DNA of 64,000 bases from an uncultured Candidatus Rokubacteria bacterium (lineage in GTDB: Bacteria > Methylomirabilota > Methylomirabilia > Rokubacteriales > DASRDR01), in assembly GCA_963708025.1 (NCBI GenBank), contig CAVPSB010000019.1, forward strand, positions 224,001 through 288,000, given 5' to 3'. The notes under the pieces were generated by a model, which saw only the letters and a program-made list of their open reading frames with translations, had not been told where the DNA came from and did no database searches. Shown piece after piece: positions 29,461 through 39,779 of the stretch. Within the stretch, counting starts at the first letter, position 1. Every line of letters starts with the position of its first letter. Both the position numbers and the translations under genes were made by a program.

Positions 29461-30198
29461 TTACCAGATCTCGGCGGGGATCGGGAGGCTCCGGAGGTCG
29501 GCCTCGGTGAGCGGCGCGTTTGGCGTGATGCCCACGCCGCCGAGGAGGGCGTGGATCTGGCGGACGTGCTGGGCGGCGTGCCAGGTCGTGCGCTCCAGCA
29601 GGTCGTGCCCGCTCTGCGGGCCGTAGTAGGTCTCGACGAGGCCCTCCCACGCCCCGGGCCGGGCGAACCACTCGGCGAGTCGGCGGCGGACCGTCTTGCC
29701 GTAGGCCGCCACGGCGGGTCCGTCGGCCACCTCGGGCGGCGCCGCCTCGTCGAGCCACGCCTTCGGCAGGCGCCGCGCCGCCATGGCCTCGGGGAAGGCG
29801 AGCGCCAGCCGGAACACGTGGTAGCCGAGCTGCCGGATCGAGCGGTCACGGCCCGGGTGGGCCAGCTCCAAGTGCTCGGGCGGGACCTGGCGCATCGCCT
29901 GCGCGGCCAGGTCGAGGATCCGATCCAGGCGCCGGGCCAGCTCCGGCGGCGCCAGGCGGTCCGCCGCCTCGTACGGCATCCCGACCAGCGCCGCGAGCGC
30001 CTTCGGGTTCCAGCCATGGACAACGCGATCGCCAATGACGGTCGCCGGCGGCCCCGGTACGCCGAGACGGGCCAGCTCCGCGCGCGCCGCGGGCCGCGCC
30101 TCGACGTCGATCGCCTCGAACGGCACGTTCCACGACGCGAGCAACTCTCGCGTCTTGGCGCAGGAGCTTCAGCCGGGGCGGAGGTACACGGTGACCAT
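29461..30198 (-). CDS. Probable selenoprotein: glutaredoxin (UxxC)-DinB-like fusion, 245 aa with Sec at codon 10
   Basis: ATG 30198 gives MVTVYLRPG-TGA(30169-30171)-SSCAKTRELL, in frame with ORF 29461-30144. Grx cis-Pro region (GVPGPPAT...VHGW) and DinB-like His motifs (LGYHVF, TWHAAQHVRQ). Confidence 0.85.
30140..30168 (-). promoter_or_regulatory. Candidate bacterial SECIS hairpin
   Basis: Immediately 3' of the UGA: AGCUC-CU-GCG-CCAAGA-CGC-GA-GAGUU stem-loop, folded by eye. Confidence 0.55.
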
Positions 30199-30219
30199 GC
30201 GCTTCACCTCTTCCGGTTC

Positions 30220-30452
30220 AGTGGGCGGGGCCGATGAGCGTCGCAATCTTCATCTCGGTCGTGACGCGCTCGGCCTACGGCCTCGCGTCCGTCCCGACCT
30301 CTGGTCGTCGTTCGGACGGCCCTCGGCCTTTGGGGTCGTCGCCGATCCTCGGCGTACTCGGAGTACGCCTGCGGTCGGCGACTCCCTGCGTCCTAGCGCT
30401 GCTCGCTCCTCGACCCCGCCCCGAGAACTTGACTCACCTTGACTGGAGTCTA
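30220..30452 (+). repeat. Repeat family E, copy 1
   Basis: GGGGCCGATGAGCGTCGCA...GTCGCCGATCCTCGGCGTACTCGGAGTACGCCTGCGGTCGGCGAC...GCTGCTCGCTCCTCG; also at 34845 (-) and 55037 (+). Confidence 0.9.
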
Positions 30453-30471
30453 GACCAGGCTAGCGCCGAGC

Positions 30472-31110
30472 TCAACGCGTTGCGCGGCGGCGGGCGCACT
30501 TGGGTCGCCGGCGCGGGGGGATCGAGGCCTCCCCGACGGGGGCGGTCGCGCCGGACGCGGTTTCCCACGCCGCCGGGTCCTGGCGGAAGTAGTCGCTCAG
30601 GATGTCGTACAGCGCCCGGTGGCTCCGGCGGAGCGCGACGGGGATCCCGAAGAAGGCCTCGGCGGCGACGGCGAGGAACTCGACCCGGTTCGTCAGCGCG
30701 TACGGGCTGAGGACCGACTGCCCGCGCAGCAAACGCTTCTCCTCGCGCGGCCACAGTCGGTCCCAGGCCGCCCTCCGGGCCGAGCCAAAGCCGACCGGGA
30801 TCCCGTCCGCCTCGCCGTCCCCCATGTCCAGGAGGTGCGTGAACTCGTGGATCCCCACGTGGTAGCCGCCGGCGCGATTCTCGAAGCTCGCCTGAAGGCT
30901 CGGCGCCGACATCACCACGATGCCCCACGGGTGAGCCTGTCCCGCCAGCTCGGGGGCGTCGAAGCCGTACTCCTCGTCGAAGTCCTTCGGGTAGAGGAGG
31001 ACTTCCGACAGGCGGGTCCACGCGGACCCCGGCCAGCCCGCCGTGAGGGTCACGGCCGACGCGGCGACCAGAACCCGCAGCTCCTCGGTCACGTCGATCT
31101 CGATCCCCCC
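30472..31110 (-). pseudogene. M90 (MtfA/DgsA-like) zinc peptidase, apparently N-terminally truncated
   Basis: VLLYP, HVGIHEFTHLLD, YALTNRVEFLAVAAEAFF and LYDILSDYFRQDP; no N-terminal region or clear start after the ABC gene stop. Confidence 0.7.
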
Positions 31111-31166
31111 CGGACGAGGTCGGGGAAGAGGTTTTGCGAAATGGGCGCCGCTCCCGGATGGGAGGG

Positions 31167-34100
31167 TCAGGCGCCGAGGGCGGGGACGGCAGCGAGCTGG
31201 CGGTGGACGAGGCGGGCGTAGAGGCCGCCGCGCTCCAGGAGCTCGGCGTGGCGGCCGATCTCCGCCACCCGGCCCTCGTCCAGCACCACGATCCGGTCGG
31301 CGTCGCGGACGGTCGACAGCCGGTGGGCGATCACGAGCGTCGTCCGCCCGCGGGAGAGCCGGTCCAGCGCGTCGTGCACCGCCTGCTCGTTGACCGCGTC
31401 GAGGTGCGAGGTGGCCTCGTCGAGCAGCAGCACCGGCGCGTCCTTGAGGAAGGCCCGGGCGATCGCCACCCGCTGGCGCTGGCCGCCCGAGAGCTGGGCA
31501 CCCCGCTCGCCCACCAGGGTGTCGAGGCCGTCGGGCAGCGAGGCCACCAGCTCGCCGAGCGCGGCCTGCTCGACGGCCGCCTGGAGGTCCGCCGGCGTGG
31601 CGTCGGGCCGGGCCAGCAGCACGTTGGCCCGCAGCGTGTCGTTGAAGAGGTAGGTGTCCTGGGCGACGAGCGCGATCCGGCGGCGGAGGTCGTCGAGCCG
31701 GTACTCGCGGAGGTCGTGGCCGAGGAGCCGCAGGCTCCCCGCGTCGGGGTCCCAGAAGCGGAGGAGCAGGTGGGCGACCGTCGTCTTCCCCGCGCCCGAG
31801 GGGCCCACCAGCGCGATCCGGCTGCCGCGGGTGACCCCGAACGAGACGCCGGCCAGGGCCGGCCGCCGCCGGCCGGGGTAAGTGAAGGTGACCTCGGCCA
31901 GCTCGAGGGCGAGCGGCGAGCGCGGCGCGCTGGCGGGCACCCCGGGGCCATCCCGGACGGGCACCGGCTCCGCGTGCACCACGTGGAGCCGCCGGGTGGC
32001 GGCGAAGGTGTCGGCGAGCTGGCGTCCGACCTGGGCGACCTCCCAGACCGGGACGAACGCGGAGAGGGCGAGGAGGGTCAGCAGCGGGAGCGCGCCGGGG
32101 TCGAGCGCGCCCCCCGCCGCGAGCGCGGCGCCCGTGCCGGCGACGGCGAGCCCGCCGAGCGCCGTCACCGCGTCCTGGATCGCGCCCTCGCGCGTCACGT
32201 CGCGGAGGAACGGCATCCGCGCCTCGAAGTAGCCGCGGGCGCGCGCCGCGAACTCCTCGCCGCGGCGCCGGACCTGCTGGAAGGCCAGGATCTCCCCCAG
32301 CCCCTGGATCGTGTCGACGGCGTGGGCGTTCAGCTCGCCCGACGCCTCCCGCGCCCGGGCGCCCAGCCGGTCGATCCGCCGCCGGCGGAGGACGGGCGTG
32401 AGCGCGGCGTAGGCGAGGAACGGCAGGAGGACCGCGGCGATCTCCCAGCGGTGGGCGAGGAGCGTTCCGATGACCACGGCCGGGACGAGGACCGCGACGG
32501 CCACCGGCGTGATTGTGTGGGCGAAGAAGTACTCGATCAGCTCGACGTCGTGGGTGGCCATGCCGACGAGGTCGCCGCTCCGCCGGCGGGTCAGGTACGC
32601 CGGCGCCAGCGCCTCGAGCTTCCGGAAGAGCCGGATCCGCATGTCGAGGAGGAGCCGGTAGGCGATGTCGTGGGCGAGCCAGGACTCGAGCCAGTGAAGG
32701 ATGCCCGCCAGCGGGGCGACCGCGCCGAGGAGGAGGAGCCAGCGTCCGAACGGCTCCCCGCGGGCGAGGGCGCGGACCGTGAGGGCGCTCGCGACGCCCA
32801 CCCCGATCAGCGCGGCCACGCGGGCCACGCCGAGGCCGAACGTCAGGCCGAGGCGGAGCCGGTGGCCCCGGCTCAGGCCGAGCAGGACGCGGATGACCCC
32901 GCCCCAGCCGAGCCCCTCCGCCCGGAGGACGGCCTCGTCGCGCTCGGCGGGCTCCGGCCCCTCGTCGGGCGGGCTCGTCGGGCGTGACGGCCGGCCCCGG
33001 TCCCGCCGCGACGGGGGCGCCGGAGCCCGGCTCCGCGACCTGGCCCGCCATCAGCCGGTAGTACGCGCCCCCGCGCGCCAGGAGCGCCGTGTGACGCCCG
33101 CTCTCCACGACGCGGCCTCGGTCGAGGACCAGGATCCGGTCGGCGCCGATCACGCTCGAGAGCCGGTGGGCGCAGATCAGCGTGGTCCGGCCCTCCATCA
33201 GGCGGTCGAGCGCCGCCTGGATGGCGGCCTCGCTCTCCGCGTCGACGGACGAGAGCGCCTCGTCGAGGACGAGGATCGGCGCGTCACGGAGGAGCGCGCG
33301 GGCGATGGCGACGCGCTGGCGCTGGCCGCCGGAGAGCCGCACGCCCCGCTCGCCGACGACGGTCGCGTAGCCGTGGGGGAGCCGCTCGATGAACGCGTGG
33401 GCGCTGGCCGCGCGCGCGGCGGCCTCCAGCTCGGCCGGCGTGGCGTCCGGCTTGCCCATCCGGAGGTTGTCCTCGACGGTGCCGTGGAAGAGGTAGGTGT
33501 CCTGACTCACCACGGCGATCCGGCTGCGGAGCGGGTCGAGGCCGAGCTCGCGCACGTCGCGCCCGCCGACCCGCACGTGGCCGCCCTGCGGATCGTAGAA
33601 GCGCAGGAGGAGCTTCAGCACCGTCGACTTCCCCGATCCGCTCGGCCCCACGATCGCGACGCGCTCCCCGGCGCCGACCGTGAAGCTCAGCCCCTCGTGG
33701 GCCGGCCGCCGGCCCCCGGGATAGGCGAACGCGACGTTCTCGAACGCGATCGTGGGCGGCAGCGCGGCGGCATCCACGGGCGGGCCGACGGGATCGCGGA
33801 CCAGCGGCTCCGCCGACAGCACCTGGGTGATGCCCTCCGCCGCCGCCAGGCCGAGCATGCCCTGGTGGAGCAGGACGCGCAGCTCGCGGAGTGGGCGGAA
33901 GACCTCGATCCCGAGCATGAGGACGACCAGCAGCGCCGGGAGCGTCATGTCGCCGGCGCGGACCCGGTAGGCGCCGAGGGCGAGGGCCGCGGCCGCCCCC
34001 ACGGCCATCCCGGCGTCGGTGAGGCCGCGGGCGAGGGTGTTGGTGCCGAGGACGCCCATGGTCCGGCGAAACAGCTCCCCGCCCTCGCGCTCGAGCCGCG

Positions 34101-34755
34101 CCGCCCGGGCGCCGCCCTGGCCGAAGGCCTTGAGCGTGGCCAGGCCCTGGAGCGCGTCGAGCAGCTCCGCCGCGTAGGCGCCGTAGGCCCGTTGCCGCTC
34201 CCGGCTCCGCCGGCTGTCGAGCCGGTGCCAGGCGGAGGGCGCGACGAGCGTGACGATGGCCGCGAGCAGGAAGACGACCGCGACGGGCCGGTCGATCACC
34301 GCCACCAGGCCGAAGATGAGGAAGGGCGTGGCGGCCGTCACCAGGAGCTGCGGCAGATACTGGCCGAAGTAGATCTCGAGCTGCTGCACGCCCTCGACCA
34401 GCGACACCATGACGTCCCCGGTCCGCTCCCGGACGAAGTGGGCGGGCCCGAGGCGGGTGACGTGATCGTAGAGGGTCTCGCGGAGGCGCGCCTGGACGCG
34501 GGCCGCCGTGTGGTGGGCGAGCATGGCCCGCGCGTACTCGAGGCCGGCCCGGACGGCGACGAGGCCCGCCACCAGCGCGACCGGGAGAACGAGGGCGCCG
34601 AGCGGGGCGCCGATCAGGACCCGGGCCAGCAGCCAGCCGAGGAGCGCCAGCCGGGCGGTGCCGGCGGCGACGGCCAGGATCCCGAGGACGGCGGCAGCGA
34701 CGATGCGGAGCCGCAGCCCCTCGGTGAAGCACCAGAGCCGTCGGTCGAAATACAC
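31167..34755 (-). CDS. Fused double ABC exporter (TMD-NBD-TMD-NBD, CydDC-like); frameshift near 32970
   Basis: Two Walker A motifs (GPSGSGKS, GPSGAGKT) and two LSGGQRQR; the linker VLRAEGLGW continues in the frame of ORF 31167-32828. Confidence 0.88.
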
Positions 34756-34844
34756 CCCGTCAGCCGAGGACGAAGGCAGGCGAAGTCCACTGGACCCGCA
34801 CTAGCTTCCCTGAAGTGCCAGTGTTATTCCAGATGGGTCAGCTC

Positions 34845-34998
34845 CTCGGGGGGCGGGGCCGAGGAGCGAGCAGCGCCCACAGGCCGAAGGCCGTCCAATG
34901 GACGCAGGGAGTCGCCGACCGCAGGCGTACTCCTAGTACGCCGAGGATCGGCGACGACCGAGGACGACGCGATGCGACGCTCATCGGCCCCGCCCACT
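34845..34998 (-). repeat. Repeat family E, copy 2 (inverted)
   Basis: Reverse complement aligns with copies 1 and 3. Confidence 0.9.
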
Positions 34999-36184
34999 AG
35001 GCGAAGCTGCCCCAGGCGTACTCGTAGGCCCCGCGGATCTCGCGGCCGCGCTCCAGCCGGTCGACCGCGAACGCGGCGAGCGGGCTCGGCTCGAACGGCT
35101 CGCCGGCCACCACGCGGGCCAGGGCCCGGCCCATCGACGGCCCGAACTTGAACCCCTTGCCGTTGCCGCCGGTGAGGACGTAGAGGCCGGCAACCCCGGG
35201 CACCGGGCCGGCGAGCGCGTGGCCGTCGGGTGTCCGCGAGTCGAGCCCGACCCAGGTCGACCCCGGACTGGCGCCTTCGAGGGCGGGGATGCGGGGCAGG
35301 AGGCGCGCCGCGCCCGCCACCAGCTCCTCGCGGGTCGGCGGCGTGAATCCGGCCTTGCCGTGGAACGGCTCGCCCCGGAAGCCGATCGAGTCCTCATAGC
35401 CGGCGCCGACCACCAGCGCATCGCCGATCTCGCCGCGGTACCACTGCTCGAGCGGGTGGTCGATCACGCACATCGGGAACCTCGCGGGCGGCGCCCAGTG
35501 GAAGAGCCCGGCGCCGATCGGCATCGGGAAGACCGGCAGGTCCACGCCGACCTGGGCGGCCAGCTCGCGGGTGCCGGCGCCCGCCGCCAGCACGACCGCC
35601 GGCGCCGCGATCTCCTCGGCACCGGCCCGCACCCCGGTGATCCGCGCGCCGGCGGCGAGGAGCCGGACGGGGCCGGTCTCGACGAGGACCTGGCCGCCGC
35701 GCCGGCGGACACCCGCCAGCAGGCTCCCGATCGAATCCGAGGGGTCGGCGTAGCCGCTGTCCGGCTCGTAGGCGGCGGCGCCGACGTCGGCCGTCTCCAT
35801 GAACGGCTGGAGCTCGCGGAGCCCCGCCCCGTCGACGACCGACGTCTTCACCCCCAGCCCGGTCATGATCTCGACGTTCTTCTCGAGGGCCGGCACCAGC
35901 GCCGGCGGCACGATGAAGAGAAAGCCCACTCGGCGGAAGCCGCTGTCGCCGCCGACCACGTCGGCCCAGGCGGCGTGCATCCGCCAGCTCTCGATCGCGA
36001 AGTGCGCCTCGTCCGGGTTGGCGTAGTGGCAGCGGATGTAGCCCGCGGTCCGGCCCGACGCGCCGGCGGCGGGGAGCGACTGCTCCACGACGACGGCCCG
36101 CAGCCCGGCCGCCGCCGCGAAGAAGGCGGTGCTGGCGCCGGCGATCCCGGCGCCGACGACGACCACGTCGGCTGTCTGAGCCAT
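34997..36184 (-). CDS. FAD-dependent oxidoreductase (DAO / sarcosine oxidase beta family)
   Basis: VVVGAGIAG, TPDGHAL and GGNGKGFKFGP. Confidence 0.9.
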   Translation of the reverse strand: MAQTADVVVVGAGIAGASTAFFAAAAGLRAVVVEQSLPAAGASGRTAGYIRCHYANPDEAHFAIESWRMHAAWADVVGGDSGFRRVGFLFIVPPALVPALEKNVEIMTGLGVKTSVVDGAGLRELQPFMETADVGAAAYEPDSGYADPSDSIGSLLAGVRRRGGQVLVETGPVRLLAAGARITGVRAGAEEIAAPAVVLAAGAGTRELAAQVGVDLPVFPMPIGAGLFHWAPPARFPMCVIDHPLEQWYRGEIGDALVVGAGYEDSIGFRGEPFHGKAGFTPPTREELVAGAARLLPRIPALEGASPGSTWVGLDSRTPDGHALAGPVPGVAGLYVLTGGNGKGFKFGPSMGRALARVVAGEPFEPSPLAAFAVDRLERGREIRGAYEYAWGSFA

Positions 36185-36303
36185 GCTGGGTGCCTCCCCG
36201 GTGAAGTGCCGGCGCACCGCGTCGCGGCACGCCCGCTGGCTATCATACGCGAGCGTCGCTCTCGGCGCCGGCTCGGCTGGACCGGCCTGCGGCTCAGCCA
36301 GCC

Positions 36304-36333
36304 TTGACAGGGACCCCGTGCCCTTCGTATGGT
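36304..36333 (+). promoter_or_regulatory. sigma70-like promoter for the SBP56 operon
   Basis: TTGACA-N18-TATGGT. Confidence 0.55.
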
Positions 36334-36521
36334 TCCGGTAGTCGTCCGCTACCCCGATTCCTTCCCGGCCGGCGTCGCCGTCAAGCCGTCAGGGCGTCCT
36401 CACGGGCCCGGCGTCAACTCGAGACGTGCCCGGTGTGAGCCCGGCGCGATCTCCGCGCGATGGAGGCGGCGGCGACCGGTCGGGCGGTCGCAAACCGAAC
36501 AACGATCAGGAGGGCCACCGA

Positions 36522-37913
36522 ATGGCGACCTGGACGCCGGACCCGACGTTCTATCCCTCGCCGCGCATGGCCATGAAGGCCCCGCCCGAGAAGCTCGCCT
36601 ACGTGGCGGAGTTCGATCCCGAGCGCAAGCGCCCGGACCGCCTGGCGGTCGTCGACGTGGACCCGGGCTCGTCCACGTACGCGAAGATCGTCGGCCGGGT
36701 GCAGGTGTCGACCGTCGGCGACGAGTTCCACCACTTCGGCTGGAACGCCTGCAGCTCCTCCCTGTGCCCCAACGCCCCGCATCCCCACCTCGAGCGCCGG
36801 TACCTGATCGTGCCCGGCCTGCGCTCCTCCAACATCCACGTCTTCGACACCCAGCCCGACCCCCGGCAGCCCAAGCTGATCCGGACGATCGACGCCCGGG
36901 AGGTCGCGGAGCGCGCCGGCTACTCCCGGCCCCACACCGTGCACTGCGGGCCGGAAGGCATCTACATGAACGCCCTCGGCGACGCCGATGGGAAGGCGCC
37001 CGGCGGCGTGTTCCTCATGGACCACGACACCTTCGACGTGCTCGGGCGCTGGGAGGTCGACCGCGGCCCGCAGCGGTTCGCCTACGACGCGGCGTGGCAC
37101 CTCGGCTACGACACCCTGGTGACCAGCGAGTGGGGCACGCCCGACATGTTCGAGAACGGGCTCGTGCCCGAGCTGCTGCTCGGCAGCAAGTACGGCCGCC
37201 GGCTGCACTTCTGGGACCTGCACAAGCGCAAGCACCTCCAGGAGATCGACTTCGGCCCGGACTACCAGCTCGTCTTCGAGCTGCGGCCGGCCCACGATCC
37301 CACCAAGGCGTATGGCTTCGTCAACAGCGTGATCTGCCTGAAGGACCTCTCGGCGTCGATCTGGACCTGGTACCGGGACGGCGAGAAGTGGGCGGTCAAG
37401 AAGATCATCGACATCCCGGCCGAGCCGGCCGACCCGGACCAGCTCCCGCCGGCGATCAAGGGCTTCAAGGCGGTCCCGCCCCTGGTCACCGACATCGACC
37501 TGTCGGTGGACGACCGGTACCTCTACGTCTCCTGCTGGGGCACCGGCGACCTGCAGCAGTACGACGTCTCGGATCCGTTCAAGCCGAAGCTCACCGGGAA
37601 GATCCGGATCGGGGGGATCGTCGCCCGCGCGGCGCATCCCAGCGGGGGCGGCCCGCTCAACGGCGGGCCACAGATGGTGGAGGTCAGCCGCGACGGCCGG
37701 CGGGTGTACTTCACGAACTCGCTCTACGGCGCGATCGACCCCCAGTTCTACCCGGACGGGGTGAAGGGCTGGATGGTCAAGCTCGACGCCAAGCCCGAGG
37801 GGGGCATCGAGCTGGACAGGAAGTTCTTCCTCCAGTGGACCGACGGGTACCGGCCGCACCAGGTCCGGCTGCAGGGCGGGGACGCCTCGTCGGATTCGTT
37901 CTGCTATCCGTGA
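36522..37913 (+). CDS. Selenium-binding protein SBP56 / methanethiol oxidase family
   Basis: WTPDPTFYPSP, DEFHHFGWNACSS, RPHTVHC, GGPQMVEVSRDGRRVYFTNSLY and GGDASSD. Confidence 0.95.
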   Translation: MATWTPDPTFYPSPRMAMKAPPEKLAYVAEFDPERKRPDRLAVVDVDPGSSTYAKIVGRVQVSTVGDEFHHFGWNACSSSLCPNAPHPHLERRYLIVPGLRSSNIHVFDTQPDPRQPKLIRTIDAREVAERAGYSRPHTVHCGPEGIYMNALGDADGKAPGGVFLMDHDTFDVLGRWEVDRGPQRFAYDAAWHLGYDTLVTSEWGTPDMFENGLVPELLLGSKYGRRLHFWDLHKRKHLQEIDFGPDYQLVFELRPAHDPTKAYGFVNSVICLKDLSASIWTWYRDGEKWAVKKIIDIPAEPADPDQLPPAIKGFKAVPPLVTDIDLSVDDRYLYVSCWGTGDLQQYDVSDPFKPKLTGKIRIGGIVARAAHPSGGGPLNGGPQMVEVSRDGRRVYFTNSLYGAIDPQFYPDGVKGWMVKLDAKPEGGIELDRKFFLQWTDGYRPHQVRLQGGDASSDSFCYP

Positions 37914-37976
37914 CGCGGCGCTGACCGCGGGGGGCCCGGCTCGCGCCGGGTCCCCCACGGCCTCCGGGTCCAGGCC

Positions 37977-38615
37977 GTGAGTGACCTGGGGCCCTGGCTG
38001 GGCCTGGCGGGGCTCGGCATGTTCCACGGGCTGAACCCCGCCATGGGCTGGCTGTTCGCGGTCGCCCTCGGCCTGCACCGGCGGAGCCGCCGCATCGTCC
38101 TACTGGCGCTGCTCCCGATCGCGCTCGGCCACGCGGTGGCGGTTGCCCTCGTCACGCTGGCCGTGGTCGCGCTCGGCCTGGTGGTCGACCAGCGGGTGGT
38201 GCGCGGCGCCGCCGGGGTCGTGCTGATCGGCTGGGCGGTCTATCACGCCCTCTACGGCTCGCGGCACCGCGTGCGGGTCGGCATGCGGACCGGCCTGGCG
38301 GGCCTCGCGCTCTGGTCGTTCCTGATGGCGACGGCCCACGGCGCCGGGCTGATGCTGCTGCCGATCCTCCTCCCGCTCCATCGGGCCGCGTCGCCGGGCC
38401 ACCACGCGATGGCCGGCGGTCCACTGGCCGTCTCGCTGGCCGCCGTCGCCGTGCACACGCTCGCGATGCTGGCGACGACCGGCGCGATCGCCATCGTGGT
38501 CTACGAGTGGGTCGGCCTCGCCTTCCTGCGCCGCGGCTGGATCAACCTCGATCTCCTCTGGACGCTGGCCCTCGTGGCCACCGGCGTGATCCTGCTCCTC
38601 ACGGCCATCAACTGA
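37977..38615 (+). CDS. His-containing membrane protein (SBP56-associated)
   Basis: LGMFHGLNPAMGWLFAVA and SFLMATAHGAGLML; about 6 TM helices. Confidence 0.85.
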   Translation: MSDLGPWLGLAGLGMFHGLNPAMGWLFAVALGLHRRSRRIVLLALLPIALGHAVAVALVTLAVVALGLVVDQRVVRGAAGVVLIGWAVYHALYGSRHRVRVGMRTGLAGLALWSFLMATAHGAGLMLLPILLPLHRAASPGHHAMAGGPLAVSLAAVAVHTLAMLATTGAIAIVVYEWVGLAFLRRGWINLDLLWTLALVATGVILLLTAIN

Positions 38616-38617
38616 AA

Positions 38618-39634
38618 CTAGGGGATGGGGCGCAGGCGGAGCAGGCGGCCGGGGTCCTCGGCGACGAGCAGGCTCCCGTCGGGCAGCGCGGCGACCGCCG
38701 CCGGCCGCACGAGGCCCTCCACGAAGGACTCCACCGCGCCATCCACGCCGACCCGCAGGATGCGTCCGCCGAGCGGGTCCAGCCCGTACAGCTCGCCGGC
38801 CGGCCCCGCGGCCACCACCCGGGCGCCCAGTCGCCGGATTACCCGGCCGAGGGTTCCGTCCGGCCGGAGGCGATCGACGACGCCCGTCGAGGTGCTGAGG
38901 ACGAGGTCGCCGGTCGGCAGCCCGAGGAGCGCGACGTAGCCCTCGAGCTGCGCGCCGCGCTGCCGGATCACCCGCGTCGGAAAGACGGGGTTGGCGAGCT
39001 CGAGGTTGCGGGGTAGCGGGAGGTCCTCGTCGACCCGCAGGCGATAGAGGACCGGCCCGACGTAGCCGTCCGACTCGCCGAACATCTCCCGCAGCCAGTT
39101 GGTCCCGGCGTCGGCGACCAGGCTCCGGCCGGCGAAGTCGAGGACGACCAGACGGCCCTCGGCGTCGAAGCAGACGGCCCGGGTATCGGCGAGGCGGTTC
39201 AGTCCGCGCGCGTACTGGACGACGGCGCCGTCGGGCGCGACCCGGAGGACACGGCGGCCGGACTGCTCGGCGACGTAGAGGTGCCCCGTCCGCGGATCGC
39301 GAGCCAGGCTCCCGACCCGAACAGGGGTCTCGCCCGCGAACGGGATGGAGATGGACGGCAGCGCGGCGAGGTCGAGCGGTCCCGGGTTGGTCAGGGGCAC
39401 CCGCACGAGAGCGCCGGCGCCGCCCGCCGGATCCGCCTGGGTCAGCAGCCAGACGCTGTCCCCCGAGTTGACCGCGAGATCCTGGGGCAGCCGGAAGCCG
39501 CGCGCCACCAGTTCGAGCTGGTAGCCCGACGGCATGCGGAGCGCCCGCGCCGAGCGGAGGGACGCGCCGCTCCAGTCCTGGGCCTGCACGGCGACCGGCA
39601 GGAGCAGGAGCCAGAGCGCGAGGTGGCGAGCCAT
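38618..39634 (-). CDS. Secreted beta-propeller protein (SMP-30/NHL-like)
   Basis: Signal peptide; repeated LYVAE..GR.LRV..DG blades. Confidence 0.7.
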   Translation of the reverse strand: MARHLALWLLLLPVAVQAQDWSGASLRSARALRMPSGYQLELVARGFRLPQDLAVNSGDSVWLLTQADPAGGAGALVRVPLTNPGPLDLAALPSISIPFAGETPVRVGSLARDPRTGHLYVAEQSGRRVLRVAPDGAVVQYARGLNRLADTRAVCFDAEGRLVVLDFAGRSLVADAGTNWLREMFGESDGYVGPVLYRLRVDEDLPLPRNLELANPVFPTRVIRQRGAQLEGYVALLGLPTGDLVLSTSTGVVDRLRPDGTLGRVIRRLGARVVAAGPAGELYGLDPLGGRILRVGVDGAVESFVEGLVRPAAVAALPDGSLLVAEDPGRLLRLRPIP

Positions 39635-39779
39635 CGGCGTCAATCGGGCCGGGGGGGAGCTGCGCGCTCCATCCGAATCGCCGCAGCGCCTCGGGCGTAC
39701 CGCCCTCGGGACGCCGCGTCCCTCCGGAGGCCCGGCCCCCCTCCGGGTGTTCCCGTGCTCGCGGTTCACGGTCATTCCG

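Noticed and set aside
30472-34755. 1427-aa ORF as an ABC transporter-peptidase fusion
   Set aside because: After about 32970 it is out-of-frame Arg/Pro/Gly-rich text until it happens to rejoin the M90 frame; the real second ABC half is in another frame and ends at 31167.
36522-37913. Calling SBP56 a selenoprotein or a canonical periplasmic MtoX
   Set aside because: It has no in-frame UGA, no signal peptide and no adjacent mauG/SCO, so only a family-level call is supported.
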